DNA of 64,000 bases from Fidelibacterota bacterium. Its GTDB lineage: Bacteria; Fidelibacterota; UBA2242. This document shows positions 18,722 through 28,227 of the stretch, in pieces. The first letter of the stretch is position 1; each line of letters starts with the position of its first letter. The stretch lies in contig JADHWC010000003.1 of NCBI GenBank assembly GCA_016783665.1, forward strand, positions 1,959 through 65,958, read 5' to 3'. Below the pieces are notes generated by a model. The model was not told the origin of the DNA. It did not search any database and saw only the letters and a list, made by a program, of their open reading frames with translations. The position numbers and the translations under genes are program-made.

Positions 18722-20158
18722 TCATCTTGATTGTGTCTCTCCTTCAACCAAGACGGTTGAGTTATACCCCCTCACATCAATTTTCCCCGTCACCACTTCG
18801 GAAATAAGTGATTGACGGTATTCTTTTAAAAGTTCAATTCGTTGGGTTTCTTTTTCAATGGTAGTGTCAATCTTTTGGGTTTGTTCATCAAGATATTCAA
18901 CGATTTGGTGTTGTTCAGTATTGGTTGGTTTTGGATAAACCATATTTGAATATTTTTCACCATTCACATTTTCAATAGTTGAAGTGATTGTGTTTAGACG
19001 AATCCAATATAAATAAAAATCAGTTTTCGTTGTGTAAAAGACAAATTTTGAAGAAAAATAATCCCCAAAATTGAATCTTACTAAATAACCACCTGAAGAA
19101 TACATACCATCTTGAAGATGTAAATATGATTTGCCTACAGTATGTCCACTTCTACATAACAACAAATCATATTTATCCAATAGAAACTCTACATCCACAT
19201 CTGATTCAATTAAATATTTTCCATTATCGGGATTCAATTCTCCACAATCATCAAGGTCTGTAATCCTTATAAACCTTACACCATTTTCAGTATATCTGTC
19301 ACTACTAATATTGAGACCATAACGAACTGGTATTAGTGTATCGTATTTAAGTTTTGAAATAGTCCAACCACTCGGAATCTCCCCAATCCACTTAACACCA
19401 CTATCTTTCATCTCCACATTCCTGCCCGCCCTCTCGTCCGTTCGGGAGCCAGCCTGCTCACGGAGTGCTGGCAGGCAGGCGGGGGGGTTCAGCCCTTTGG
19501 TCACACAATGATTGATAAGGGCAGTTCGTTTTTCTTTCAGGAGTTCGATCTTCTTTTCTGTTTTTTCAATCAGTTCGTCAATCTTTTGGGTTTTGTGGTC
19601 AAGGAAGGAGACGATTTGTATTTGTTCTCTTTTTGGAGGAATCAAGAATTGAAAAGTAGAAATCTCTTCTTGACTCAACATTGGGATTGTTGTAATTGAA
19701 CCAATCAAATTAATTTGAGTAAAAATGTGATTTGATTGTAAATAGTACCAAAGAAATATTGGATTTTCTTTTATTTGATTAACCAAAACAAGACTCGGAT
19801 TGATTGTCATTTCACCATAATCTTCATCAATGAATACTACTTTCCCTAAACTTCCCCTTTGACTAATAATCATATCACCTTTTTTCACCATAATCTCGGG
19901 GGACTCATAATATTTATCCCAACTCAAAAAGTCAGGATTTGATAGGTCTATTTTTTGGGATGAGTTGATATGTTTCCCTCCAAGAACTAAACATCCTTCC
20001 CCTTCATCTACAAAATCAGTTTTCTTATATCCTTTGTATCCAATCCTACCCTGTAAATTTACAATATATCCAAGTTTTTTTCTTGCCCACCCACTCGGTA
20101 TCTCTCCAATCCACTCAACTTCACTATCTTTATATGACGGATACGGTCTCATTATCAA
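18722..20158 (-). CDS. hsdS: Type I restriction-modification specificity subunit HsdS (two target-recognition domains)
   Basis: 478 aa with duplicated EVEWIGEIPSGW / GVKWIGEIPSGW TRD starts, a central coiled-coil conserved region, and C-terminal ...LISEVVTGKIDVR. Confidence 0.85.
   Translation of the reverse strand: MIMRPYPSYKDSEVEWIGEIPSGWARKKLGYIVNLQGRIGYKGYKKTDFVDEGEGCLVLGGKHINSSQKIDLSNPDFLSWDKYYESPEIMVKKGDMIISQRGSLGKVVFIDEDYGEMTINPSLVLVNQIKENPIFLWYYLQSNHIFTQINLIGSITTIPMLSQEEISTFQFLIPPKREQIQIVSFLDHKTQKIDELIEKTEKKIELLKEKRTALINHCVTKGLNPPACLPALREQAGSRTDERAGRNVEMKDSGVKWIGEIPSGWTISKLKYDTLIPVRYGLNISSDRYTENGVRFIRITDLDDCGELNPDNGKYLIESDVDVEFLLDKYDLLLCRSGHTVGKSYLHLQDGMYSSGGYLVRFNFGDYFSSKFVFYTTKTDFYLYWIRLNTITSTIENVNGEKYSNMVYPKPTNTEQHQIVEYLDEQTQKIDTTIEKETQRIELLKEYRQSLISEVVTGKIDVRGYNSTVLVEGETQSR
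19419..19497. repeat. GC-rich palindromic element E2 inserted in-frame in the hsdS inter-TRD linker
   Basis: A ~78 bp stretch of ~70% GC inside a ~33% GC gene. It translates to ...PPACLPALREQAGSRTDERAGRNV... exactly between the central conserved helix (TKGLNP) and TRD2 (EMKDSGVKWIGEIPSGW). Its reverse complement is similar to E1 at 10222-10287. Confidence 0.7.
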
Positions 20159-20239
20159 TTCTTTTTACATAGGTTAATAACGCAAAAAATTACACATACT
20201 TTTATATCTATAGGTAAATAATCCAATTTTCTACCCATA

Positions 20240-21304
20240 CTATTCTTCGCCTGCAAATAGTGTAAATAATGGTAAGTTGACATAATAGTTACTATTTTTG
20301 ATTTTCATTTTTTTTACAAAGCCATCTTCTGATAACTGATTGAGATAACCGGATGCCGTTTTTCTTGACACCCTTAATTCATGTTCAACAAACTCTATTT
20401 TTGTATAAGGATGTTTAAACAAGTTGTTTATCAAATCCTGGCTATAAAATTTATATTGATTTCTTATTCGATGTTTATAATCCATCATCAACCGCTTAAT
20501 CTCAGAAATAATTATGACGGTGTGTTGCGATGTTTCTGCAATGCCATTTAACATCCAGATAATCCATGATTCCCAATCATTCTCCGTGCGAACACCTTGC
20601 AACAATTGATAATAATCCGTTTTGTTCTCAATAATGTATTTGCTGAGATAAAGAACCGGAATATCAAGTAGTTTTTTTTGTAGTAGATACAGAATATTGA
20701 TAATTCGCCCGGTCCTGCCATTACCATCATAAAAAGGATGAATACTTTCAAACTGATAGTGAATGATTGCCATTTTAATCAACGGATCAATATCGTGCAG
20801 TGAATCTTCATTGATATAATTTTCAAGATTGCTCATTAACGCAACAATTTCATTTGCATCCTGTGGCGGTTTGTAGATGGTTTCTCCAGCGCTGTTTTGC
20901 AATACCGTGCCAGGTATTCTTCGAAAACCTTGCTTTATCGGCTCAATTATTTTTTGAATTTCCAAAATATAATTATTTGTCAAAAGATGGTGCTTTTTGA
21001 CCAGTTTAAATCCTTTTTTCAAAGCATTTGCATAATTTTTCACCTCTTTTGCCGCTAGATTATTGAAACTATCGTCCGCATCCGCACGGTAAAGATCATC
21101 TTGAGTAGTTATTATATTTTCAATTGCAGAACTATCTTTTGCTTCTTGTAAAGCAAGTGTATTTATAAGAATTTCTTCATTAGGAATTGTTTTGGATTCT
21201 CCTTTCAACTCCCCCAACGCCCGACTGGCTTTGTTTAAATTTTCATAAATATCCGATGTTTTGACATTTATATCCAGAGGCAACTTTTGCAATGATATAT
21301 TCAT
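20240..21304 (-). CDS. fic: Fic/DOC family protein (adenylyltransferase-type Fic)
   Basis: 354 aa with Fic motif HPFYDGNGRTGR; overlaps the hsdM stop by 4 nt and lies between hsdM and hsdS. Confidence 0.85.
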   Translation of the reverse strand: MNISLQKLPLDINVKTSDIYENLNKASRALGELKGESKTIPNEEILINTLALQEAKDSSAIENIITTQDDLYRADADDSFNNLAAKEVKNYANALKKGFKLVKKHHLLTNNYILEIQKIIEPIKQGFRRIPGTVLQNSAGETIYKPPQDANEIVALMSNLENYINEDSLHDIDPLIKMAIIHYQFESIHPFYDGNGRTGRIINILYLLQKKLLDIPVLYLSKYIIENKTDYYQLLQGVRTENDWESWIIWMLNGIAETSQHTVIIISEIKRLMMDYKHRIRNQYKFYSQDLINNLFKHPYTKIEFVEHELRVSRKTASGYLNQLSEDGFVKKMKIKNSNYYVNLPLFTLFAGEE

Positions 21305-23007
21305 AATATCTCCTTCATCAATCCTTCTGTTTCCTCCTCCAATTTCAACAAATCCCGGGTGATTTCTTCCAATGACCGAAGTGGTTTATATTTGTAAAAA
21401 TACTTGGTGAAGTTGATTTCGTAGCCCACTTTGTCTTTGTCTCTATCCATCCAGGAACCCTTCAAATGGGGTATAACTTCCCGTTGGTAGTATTCCTCAA
21501 TATCATCCAACAAGGGAACACGTTCATAATCTCTTTTTGATGTGTCAGGTTTCGGATTTCCCTGCTTATCCGTTACTATTTCACCGTTTTCCATCATCGG
21601 TTGTTCTATGGTGACTTTGGTATAACCGAAAAACTCATTGGGATAAATTTTACTGTATTCACTCTCCGCAAAGTTCAGATAGTGTTCCAATAAGGTATTT
21701 CGGTTTTCCTCGGTGATTTCTTTCCGTTTATTCCCCAGTGATTTCTTCATCTGTTTGAAGAAAGCAGAACCGTTGATGAGTTGGACTTTACCTTTTCGTC
21801 TTTCTGATTTCCTGTTATTTACAATCCATATATAAGTGGAAATACCTGTGTTGAAGAACAGTTGGTCGGGAAGTGATACAATACACTCCAGCCAATCATT
21901 TTCAATAATCCATTTACGGATTTCAGATTCACCGCTGCCACTGTCCCCCGTGAATAATGGAGAACCGTTAAACACTATCCCAATCCGGCTTCTTTTTGAT
22001 TCCATCTTGGAAATCATATGTTGAAGGAATAACAAAGAACCATCAGAAGTTCGTGGTGTTCCGACGGAGAATCTTCCATAGGGATTCTGTCCCTCATTTT
22101 CAATGAACTCTTTTTCAGATTTCCAGCTAACACCAAATGGGGGATTTGTAATCATATAGTCATATTTTTTTCCTTGAAAATTGTCCTCTGATAGAGATGA
22201 ACCCAATCGGATGTTGTCAGGGTCTTCATCGGTAATCAACATATCGGACTTACAGATTGAATAGGTTTGGGGATTCAGTTCTTGTCCTAACAGACGAAGT
22301 TTCACTTTGTCGTTGATATTCTGATGGATATATTCTTTTCCGATAGTCAACATTCCGCCAGTTCCACAACAAGGGTCAAAAATGCTTCTGACTTTGCCTT
22401 CACCTTGTAAATCATCTTTATCCTCTGAAAAGACAAGGGAAACCAACAGACGAACTACATCTCTTGGGGTATAGTGTTCTCCACTTGTTTCATTGGACAT
22501 TTCAGAGAACTTCCGTAACAATTCTTCAAAGATAAGTCCCATATCACGGTTGGAAATCTTATCAGGGTGTAAATCTATTTCGGTGAGTTTGTCTATAAGA
22601 ATAAACAGACGGTTATTCTTGTTCAGTTTCTCAACCGGTTTCTCCAACTGAAAATTCTCAATAATCTCGACAACATTGTCACTGAATCCACCCAGGTAAT
22701 TCTGAAAGTTCATATATACATTCTGTGGGTCGGATTTCAGTCTTTTCAAATCATACTTGGAATGATTGAAAAAGCTGGTGTTGATTCGGTTTAGAATGAT
22801 TGGGGTGGGGTCATCTACTTTGGTTCTGTATTCTTCGTAGATGTTGAACACATCGTCTTTGTGAGGTTCTAAAACACAATCCAATCTCCGTAGAACGGTG
22901 AACGGTAGAATCACATCGCCGTATTCGTGTGGTTTGAATAATCCCCGAAGGACATCATCACAGACATTCCAGATGAAGGATGATATTTGGTTATAGTTAT
23001 TTGACAT
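21301..23007 (-). CDS. hsdM: Type I restriction-modification N6-adenine DNA methyltransferase HsdM
   Basis: 568 aa with SAM-binding FDPCCGTGGML and catalytic NPPFG (ITNPPFGVSW). Confidence 0.9.
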   Translation of the reverse strand: MSNNYNQISSFIWNVCDDVLRGLFKPHEYGDVILPFTVLRRLDCVLEPHKDDVFNIYEEYRTKVDDPTPIILNRINTSFFNHSKYDLKRLKSDPQNVYMNFQNYLGGFSDNVVEIIENFQLEKPVEKLNKNNRLFILIDKLTEIDLHPDKISNRDMGLIFEELLRKFSEMSNETSGEHYTPRDVVRLLVSLVFSEDKDDLQGEGKVRSIFDPCCGTGGMLTIGKEYIHQNINDKVKLRLLGQELNPQTYSICKSDMLITDEDPDNIRLGSSLSEDNFQGKKYDYMITNPPFGVSWKSEKEFIENEGQNPYGRFSVGTPRTSDGSLLFLQHMISKMESKRSRIGIVFNGSPLFTGDSGSGESEIRKWIIENDWLECIVSLPDQLFFNTGISTYIWIVNNRKSERRKGKVQLINGSAFFKQMKKSLGNKRKEITEENRNTLLEHYLNFAESEYSKIYPNEFFGYTKVTIEQPMMENGEIVTDKQGNPKPDTSKRDYERVPLLDDIEEYYQREVIPHLKGSWMDRDKDKVGYEINFTKYFYKYKPLRSLEEITRDLLKLEEETEGLMKEIL

Positions 23008-23090
23008 ATTTTATTTCCCTTTTTATCGGCTGTATCAAGTCGGCGTTGAAGCGCTTGTTATGTGTTTTCTCACTTAATTATTTATCAATC

Positions 23091-24752
23091 TTAAATTTCT
23101 TCTATTCTATCTTTATTTATCCATTGTAAAAATGTTGGATATTTTTGCACTGATGAAATTAGGTATACTTTTTTCTTTGTTCTAGTTAGTGCAACAAGAA
23201 AATTACATATATCTCGATCAGTATTTTTAGTTTTGTCATTATCTTTTATAAAATAACGATCATCGAAATGAGTAATAAATACTAGATCTCCTGAAAGACC
23301 TTTTGAGCTTTGTATTGTTGTAGTTTTAATCGGTATTTTTCTGATAGCAGGAATACCTACGGGTTGAAAAACATTATTTATTTTTTCACGTGCGAATTCA
23401 TTTAATATGGCATAAGGATCTATGTTAATTTTTTTCATAATGTCAATAAATTCATCATTATCAATAGGCTTTTTATCTTTTATCTTTTTTAGTATTTTTA
23501 AAATACTTTTTACTTCTTTTTTAAAATCCTTATCAACTATTTCATAAATCATTTTACTAGAATTTGAATATGTAGCACTTAATAAAGTACTAAAATCATC
23601 ATTCGATAATAGATATTTTGAAACTATACGCCAACCGAGGTTATCATTGATATTGTTAAGTAGAAGTTTAAAACCATCTAAAAGGGATACTTCTTTTTCA
23701 TCCTTTATCTTACACTCAATATTTTGCATCCCTTTTTTCTTCAATGCCTCGGCAATAAAATTAGATTGTTTTCTATAAGGAGAAATAATTAATACTGAAA
23801 ATTTATTTCTTAAATCTTTTGCCATTTCGCTTATCTTTTTTTCAATAAACCAAGGTATTTGACTTGCGAATATCTGTTTGTATCCAATAGTTGAATATTT
23901 TTCACTTTCTTTATCTTTTTCTTTTTCGTGAAAATATTGAAATGGTTTATTAATACGTTGATCAAGAAAATCAAATTTTTTAGCAGCAATTATAATGTCA
24001 TTTGTTGCATCGACGATAACTTGTGTACACCGAGCACAAAATGGTAATTTGAATGATTCATAATCGGGTACATCATCTCCAAACCTTTCTCGTATATGTC
24101 GAGTACTAGCATTTTTAAATTCATAAAGCGCCTGATCATCATCACCTGCTAATAATATCGAACTTTTTTCAGATAGTAAATCGATAAGGGATACTTCAAG
24201 TTTATTAAAATCCTGAAATTCATCTATTAAAATTTGATCATATGATGGTATTCTTTCTCTATATTTTTCAAAATACTTTACTAATGCATAGATAATACTT
24301 GAATAACCATAGTAATTATAATAATCGACTCGCTTTTTATAAAACTGAAGTAATTCATCATTATCTTTTCTATTATGAAATAGATATTCGAAATCAACTT
24401 CTTTTCTAAGAATATATTGGGTATCCTCTTTTATAACATTTGTAAGTTTCGGAAAAATATTAATACTTCTACTCTTGACAGCACTAAGCGTACTTCGGGC
24501 GAAACTGTGAAGTGTTTTGACGTCTGACATACCATATAATTCTAAGGATAAATCTTCAACAAGAGAATTAATAAAGGTTAGTGTCAATGAATTTTTTTTA
24601 CCCTCAAGTATTTTTCTAAATAGAAAGGTCTTCCCTGTACCTGGTCCGGCAACAACAACCTTTTTGAATGATTTTGAATTTAATATCGCATCAACATGTT
24701 TTTTCCTATCATTTATTGCTTTGGAATAAACTGATCCGTCTAGCTCTGACAT
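23091..24752 (-). CDS. UvrD/Rep-like superfamily-1 DNA helicase (stand-alone, very AT-rich gene)
   Basis: 553 aa with Walker A (AGPGTGKTF), motif II-like (LIDEFQDFN), GDDDQALYEF, and C-terminal motif VI-like (VALTRTKKKVYL). Confidence 0.75.
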   Translation of the reverse strand: MSELDGSVYSKAINDRKKHVDAILNSKSFKKVVVAGPGTGKTFLFRKILEGKKNSLTLTFINSLVEDLSLELYGMSDVKTLHSFARSTLSAVKSRSINIFPKLTNVIKEDTQYILRKEVDFEYLFHNRKDNDELLQFYKKRVDYYNYYGYSSIIYALVKYFEKYRERIPSYDQILIDEFQDFNKLEVSLIDLLSEKSSILLAGDDDQALYEFKNASTRHIRERFGDDVPDYESFKLPFCARCTQVIVDATNDIIIAAKKFDFLDQRINKPFQYFHEKEKDKESEKYSTIGYKQIFASQIPWFIEKKISEMAKDLRNKFSVLIISPYRKQSNFIAEALKKKGMQNIECKIKDEKEVSLLDGFKLLLNNINDNLGWRIVSKYLLSNDDFSTLLSATYSNSSKMIYEIVDKDFKKEVKSILKILKKIKDKKPIDNDEFIDIMKKINIDPYAILNEFAREKINNVFQPVGIPAIRKIPIKTTTIQSSKGLSGDLVFITHFDDRYFIKDNDKTKNTDRDICNFLVALTRTKKKVYLISSVQKYPTFLQWINKDRIEEI

Positions 24753-24797
24753 ATTATTTCCTTTGATTAGTTATTATACACAAAACATATGATTAGC

Positions 24798-25079
24798 CTA
24801 TATATTTATGCACTTTTGAGTTTTCTGCATGTAGAAAAATATTGCTACCTGTCGTATTGTTAAGCGGTATTGTCCTTCGAATTGAACTCCGGTTATGCCG
24901 GTTTCTTCCTGAATGACTTCTAAGGCATAACGGTTGTTTAAAATATTCTGACGGTCAATAACCGAAGTTGTTAAGCTTTTCTTATTTGGGAATTGAGAAT
25001 TGACAGTTGATAATTTTTTATTTTTTTTGTTCATTTTTTTCTCTTTGGACTTTTTTATGATAGAAATTAAAAGTTTCAA
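24798..25079 (-). CDS. Hypothetical small protein
   Basis: 93-aa ORF with a lysine-rich N-terminus; no recognisable motif. Confidence 0.3.
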   Translation of the reverse strand: MKLLISIIKKSKEKKMNKKNKKLSTVNSQFPNKKSLTTSVIDRQNILNNRYALEVIQEETGITGVQFEGQYRLTIRQVAIFFYMQKTQKCINI

Positions 25080-25118
25080 TAGTTCTTCAATATCCGCTTA
25101 CTGTTTTCAATTCAATGA

Positions 25119-25565
25119 TCACAAAGAATCACCATGGTTGAACCCAATTTCCCATTGTTTATTAATTAAGCCCCAGATGAGATATCCGATTCCCGGCGCC
25201 ATGCCAACGATAAAACTGCCATGTGTCAAATGTTCGGTTTTATACATCATCAACAAATAAGTACTGAATCCGGCAATAACAGCAACGGCAATCACCATGT
25301 ACCAATATTTTAAAACCAGATGTTCGAATGTCATAAACAGACCGACGGATATTCCGGTTGTGATCAGATACAGATAAAATCCGACGCTGTCGATCGCAGA
25401 CAGCCTGTGCAGGATGAGACCGGTTAATAAAGCAAACAACAGGTTTATAAAAAGTAATTTTATTGTCTTTCGCCGGATTTGTTTTGGATCAGTCTGGTAT
25501 CGAAACTGAATCCTGGCAATAAAAACACCGATTAATGCGGATAATAAAAATATTTTGGTTATCAT
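25119..25565 (-). CDS. Hypothetical integral membrane protein (about 4 TM helices)
   Basis: 148 aa, hydrophobic throughout; overlaps the next gene by 4 nt. Confidence 0.5.
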   Translation of the reverse strand: MITKIFLLSALIGVFIARIQFRYQTDPKQIRRKTIKLLFINLLFALLTGLILHRLSAIDSVGFYLYLITTGISVGLFMTFEHLVLKYWYMVIAVAVIAGFSTYLLMMYKTEHLTHGSFIVGMAPGIGYLIWGLINKQWEIGFNHGDSL

Positions 25566-26182
25566 GGTGATTTCTTATCATTCCATTTTTCACTTTCCCA
25601 TACTTTTCGGGAAACAACTCGATAAGATGGGGAATACTTTTCAATATAATCTCTCGAATGATGGATAACGGGATAATTGTTTTCAATAATGTATTGATTG
25701 AATTTGGCGAATGCACCCTGATCAATTGACAGCTTGCCGCTTTCGACCCGTTTCGCAATTCCGATCCAGATATCTCTAAAAGGCTCTATATTTTCGGGCG
25801 AATTCCGGGCTGATTTAGTGATGATCGCAGCCAATTTATCCGAAGATAAACCGTCATATTTAAAGCGTTTCAGGTTTATTCGAATATAGGAAGAATCAGG
25901 CGCAATATTTTCAACCAGTTTTATCTGTTGGGTGGCTTCTGTCTGAGACATTTCTCGGTTCAGATAATTCAATATTTTCTGAAAATCAGTCCCAAGATGC
26001 CCGGGTCCCAGCACTCCCTGATAGACCAATTTATAAATATCATCCACCTGCATGTCCGGGTAATGCATCAGATGCATTTTGATCAACGATTCCCATGCGC
26101 GAATGGTCTCGTCAACTTTCATGGAATTACAGGAAAATAAAATCATCGCCGACATCGTGGTTATAATTAAGATATTTTTCAT
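25562..26182 (-). CDS. Hypothetical lipoprotein
   Basis: 206 aa with a signal peptide and lipobox-like LFSCNS. Confidence 0.5.
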   Translation of the reverse strand: MKNILIITTMSAMILFSCNSMKVDETIRAWESLIKMHLMHYPDMQVDDIYKLVYQGVLGPGHLGTDFQKILNYLNREMSQTEATQQIKLVENIAPDSSYIRINLKRFKYDGLSSDKLAAIITKSARNSPENIEPFRDIWIGIAKRVESGKLSIDQGAFAKFNQYIIENNYPVIHHSRDYIEKYSPSYRVVSRKVWESEKWNDKKSP

Positions 26183-26203
26183 CCTGGGGCAATAATGAAA
26201 TCG

Positions 26204-26392
26204 CTAAGACTTGTCCTGATCGTCAATGTCTTTAAACTTGGCGTCTTCAATTTTATCAGGATCGATATGAAGGTTTTTTTGAGTCCTCTTTCCTTTTACA
26301 TCAAATTTATCAGTAGAAGATTTCTTCAAATATGGCTCAATTATTTTCCAAATTATGTATGCAACGAACAGAATTAATAAAAACCGGAACAT
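26204..26392 (-). CDS. Small membrane-anchored hypothetical protein
   Basis: 62 aa with a single N-terminal TM helix and charged tail; fills the gap exactly between flanking genes. Confidence 0.35.
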   Translation of the reverse strand: MFRFLLILFVAYIIWKIIEPYLKKSSTDKFDVKGKRTQKNLHIDPDKIEDAKFKDIDDQDKS

Positions 26393-27036
26393 TATATTGC
26401 CTTTCGTTCCGGATTATAATATACGGTTCCGGATATCGGCTTTTTCAATAATGATAACAGATCGTTTAAATCATCTTCATTCTGAACGAAATCAATTTCA
26501 TTCGTGTTTATTATCAGCAGCGGACTGGCTTTATATCGGAAGAAATGTTCATTATATATCTGGTTCAGGGATTCTATGTATTCCCTTGATATTTCCCTTT
26601 CGTAGCTTCTACCCCGCTTTTTGATATTCGCCATCAATCTGTCAGTGCTTGCCTGGAGAAATACAACCAGGTCAGGTTTGGGAATTTCCTTTTCCAACAA
26701 CCGGGCGATTAAATTGTACAGCACAAGTTCTTTTTCGTTCAGGTTAAGATGAGCAAAAAGTTTATCTTTATCGAACATATAATCGCTGATGAGCAAACTA
26801 TGGAATAAATCCACCTGCTTTAATTCAAGTTGCTGACGATAGCGGCTAAGTACAAAATACAGCTGTGTTTGAAAAGCATAGCGTTCCGGATCAACGTAAA
26901 AATCTTCCAGAAACGGATTTTCTTCGAATTTCTCTGTGACCAGTCTGGCAGACATCCGTTCTGATAAGATTTTTGCGAAACTGGTTTTTCCCACTCCAAT
27001 CGCACCTTCTATGGCAATATAGTATAAATGCTTCAT
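26392..27036 (-). CDS. Deoxynucleoside kinase
   Basis: 214 aa with P-loop IEGAIGVGKTS, the dNK-family ERS-like segment and LID-region arginines. Confidence 0.85.
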   Translation of the reverse strand: MKHLYYIAIEGAIGVGKTSFAKILSERMSARLVTEKFEENPFLEDFYVDPERYAFQTQLYFVLSRYRQQLELKQVDLFHSLLISDYMFDKDKLFAHLNLNEKELVLYNLIARLLEKEIPKPDLVVFLQASTDRLMANIKKRGRSYEREISREYIESLNQIYNEHFFRYKASPLLIINTNEIDFVQNEDDLNDLLSLLKKPISGTVYYNPERKAI

Positions 27037-27062
27037 AAATACTGTAATTCCTCACTCATAAT

Positions 27063-27614
27063 TTAATGACTTATCCAGGATTTAATATCTTTAATTTTTT
27101 CAACTTGGTCGGTATCGCTGCAGTTATTAAGCAATTCCTGCATTGTTCTATTTTTAACCGGATGGATATAATCCGGAGCAATATCCGTTATCGGCTGTAA
27201 GACAAATCGTCTTTCTTCTATTTTTGGATGCGGAATCGTCAACAGCGCAGATGATATCACCTGGTCCGAAAAAAATAGTATATCGATATCTATTTTTCTG
27301 GGACCATTTCGCTTCTGTTGAAAATCTCTTCCTGATTGTGCTTCGATATGTTTGTTAAAATCTAAAAGATCATCGGCGGTCAATTCAGAGACACCTTCTA
27401 ATACAAGATTATAGAACCGGGCTTGTTCTCTGAGATATTTAGGTTCCGTTTCATAGAGACAGGAAATATTGCTGACCTGAAAGTTATCTGAAGTATTGAG
27501 ACTCTGCACTGCTTCTTTTAAAAATTGTTCCCTGTCGCCAATATTTGATCCAAGCCCGAGAAATATGGGGTAATAGCTCAAAGTAGTTCCTCGATCTCGT
27601 CGCGCGTTCTGCAA
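27063..27614 (-). CDS. folK: 2-amino-4-hydroxy-6-hydroxymethyldihydropteridine pyrophosphokinase (HPPK)
   Basis: Typical HPPK N-terminus YYPIFLGLGSNIGDR and DIDILFF; adjacent to folB. Confidence 0.88.
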   Translation of the reverse strand: MQNARRDRGTTLSYYPIFLGLGSNIGDREQFLKEAVQSLNTSDNFQVSNISCLYETEPKYLREQARFYNLVLEGVSELTADDLLDFNKHIEAQSGRDFQQKRNGPRKIDIDILFFSDQVISSALLTIPHPKIEERRFVLQPITDIAPDYIHPVKNRTMQELLNNCSDTDQVEKIKDIKSWISH

Positions 27615-27955
27615 ATCTCAACTTCAACCGTATCCAAAACGCCTTTTACCGGAGCGTTGGGTTTGCGAATTCTGATCAACACTTTTTCGGGCGAAAACTT
27701 TAAAAACACTTCTTTAATAATTTTTCCCGCAAGCGCTTCAAGCAGGTAATATTTGGAATCTGTAACAACATTATGAACGAGTTTATACAAATCTTCATAA
27801 CTGATCGTATCTTTAAGGTGATCTGATTTAATGGCGGGTGTCATATCGAAAACCAGGCTGAGGTCAACCTCAAATCTGCCGCCCAATATTTTTTCCTGCT
27901 CGGCAACTCCGTGATAACCGTAAAACACCATATTTTTTAAACTGACTCTGCCCAT
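27578..27955 (-). CDS. folB: Dihydroneopterin aldolase
   Basis: 125 aa with GYHGV.E.E...GQ.F.VD core; overlaps folK by 37 nt. Confidence 0.85.
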   Translation of the reverse strand: MGRVSLKNMVFYGYHGVAEQEKILGGRFEVDLSLVFDMTPAIKSDHLKDTISYEDLYKLVHNVVTDSKYYLLEALAGKIIKEVFLKFSPEKVLIRIRKPNAPVKGVLDTVEVEICRTRDEIEELL

Positions 27956-28227
27956 TTAACTACTCTCCCGAATACTGACATGAAATTTACCGAACCAGCT
28001 TTTGATTGTCAAGAACGCCCGGTATGCATAATTGACGAATCGGCAAACACTATGACAATGATGCATGACAAAATAGTATAAACGGACATGGCGGCACTGT
28101 TATGACGACAGAATTTCTTTTCCATATGACAAAATTATTACTATCAAACTCCGGCACAGCTATTGTCACTTTAATAAGCGGTTTTTGAAGAAAATGAAAA
28201 ATAACGAACAAAAAAGGAGGTGTTATT

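Noticed and set aside
18532-18747. 71-aa ORF overlapping the tnpA start and the IS right end
   Set aside because: It lies in a different frame across the IS terminal hairpins and intergenic DNA and has no support.
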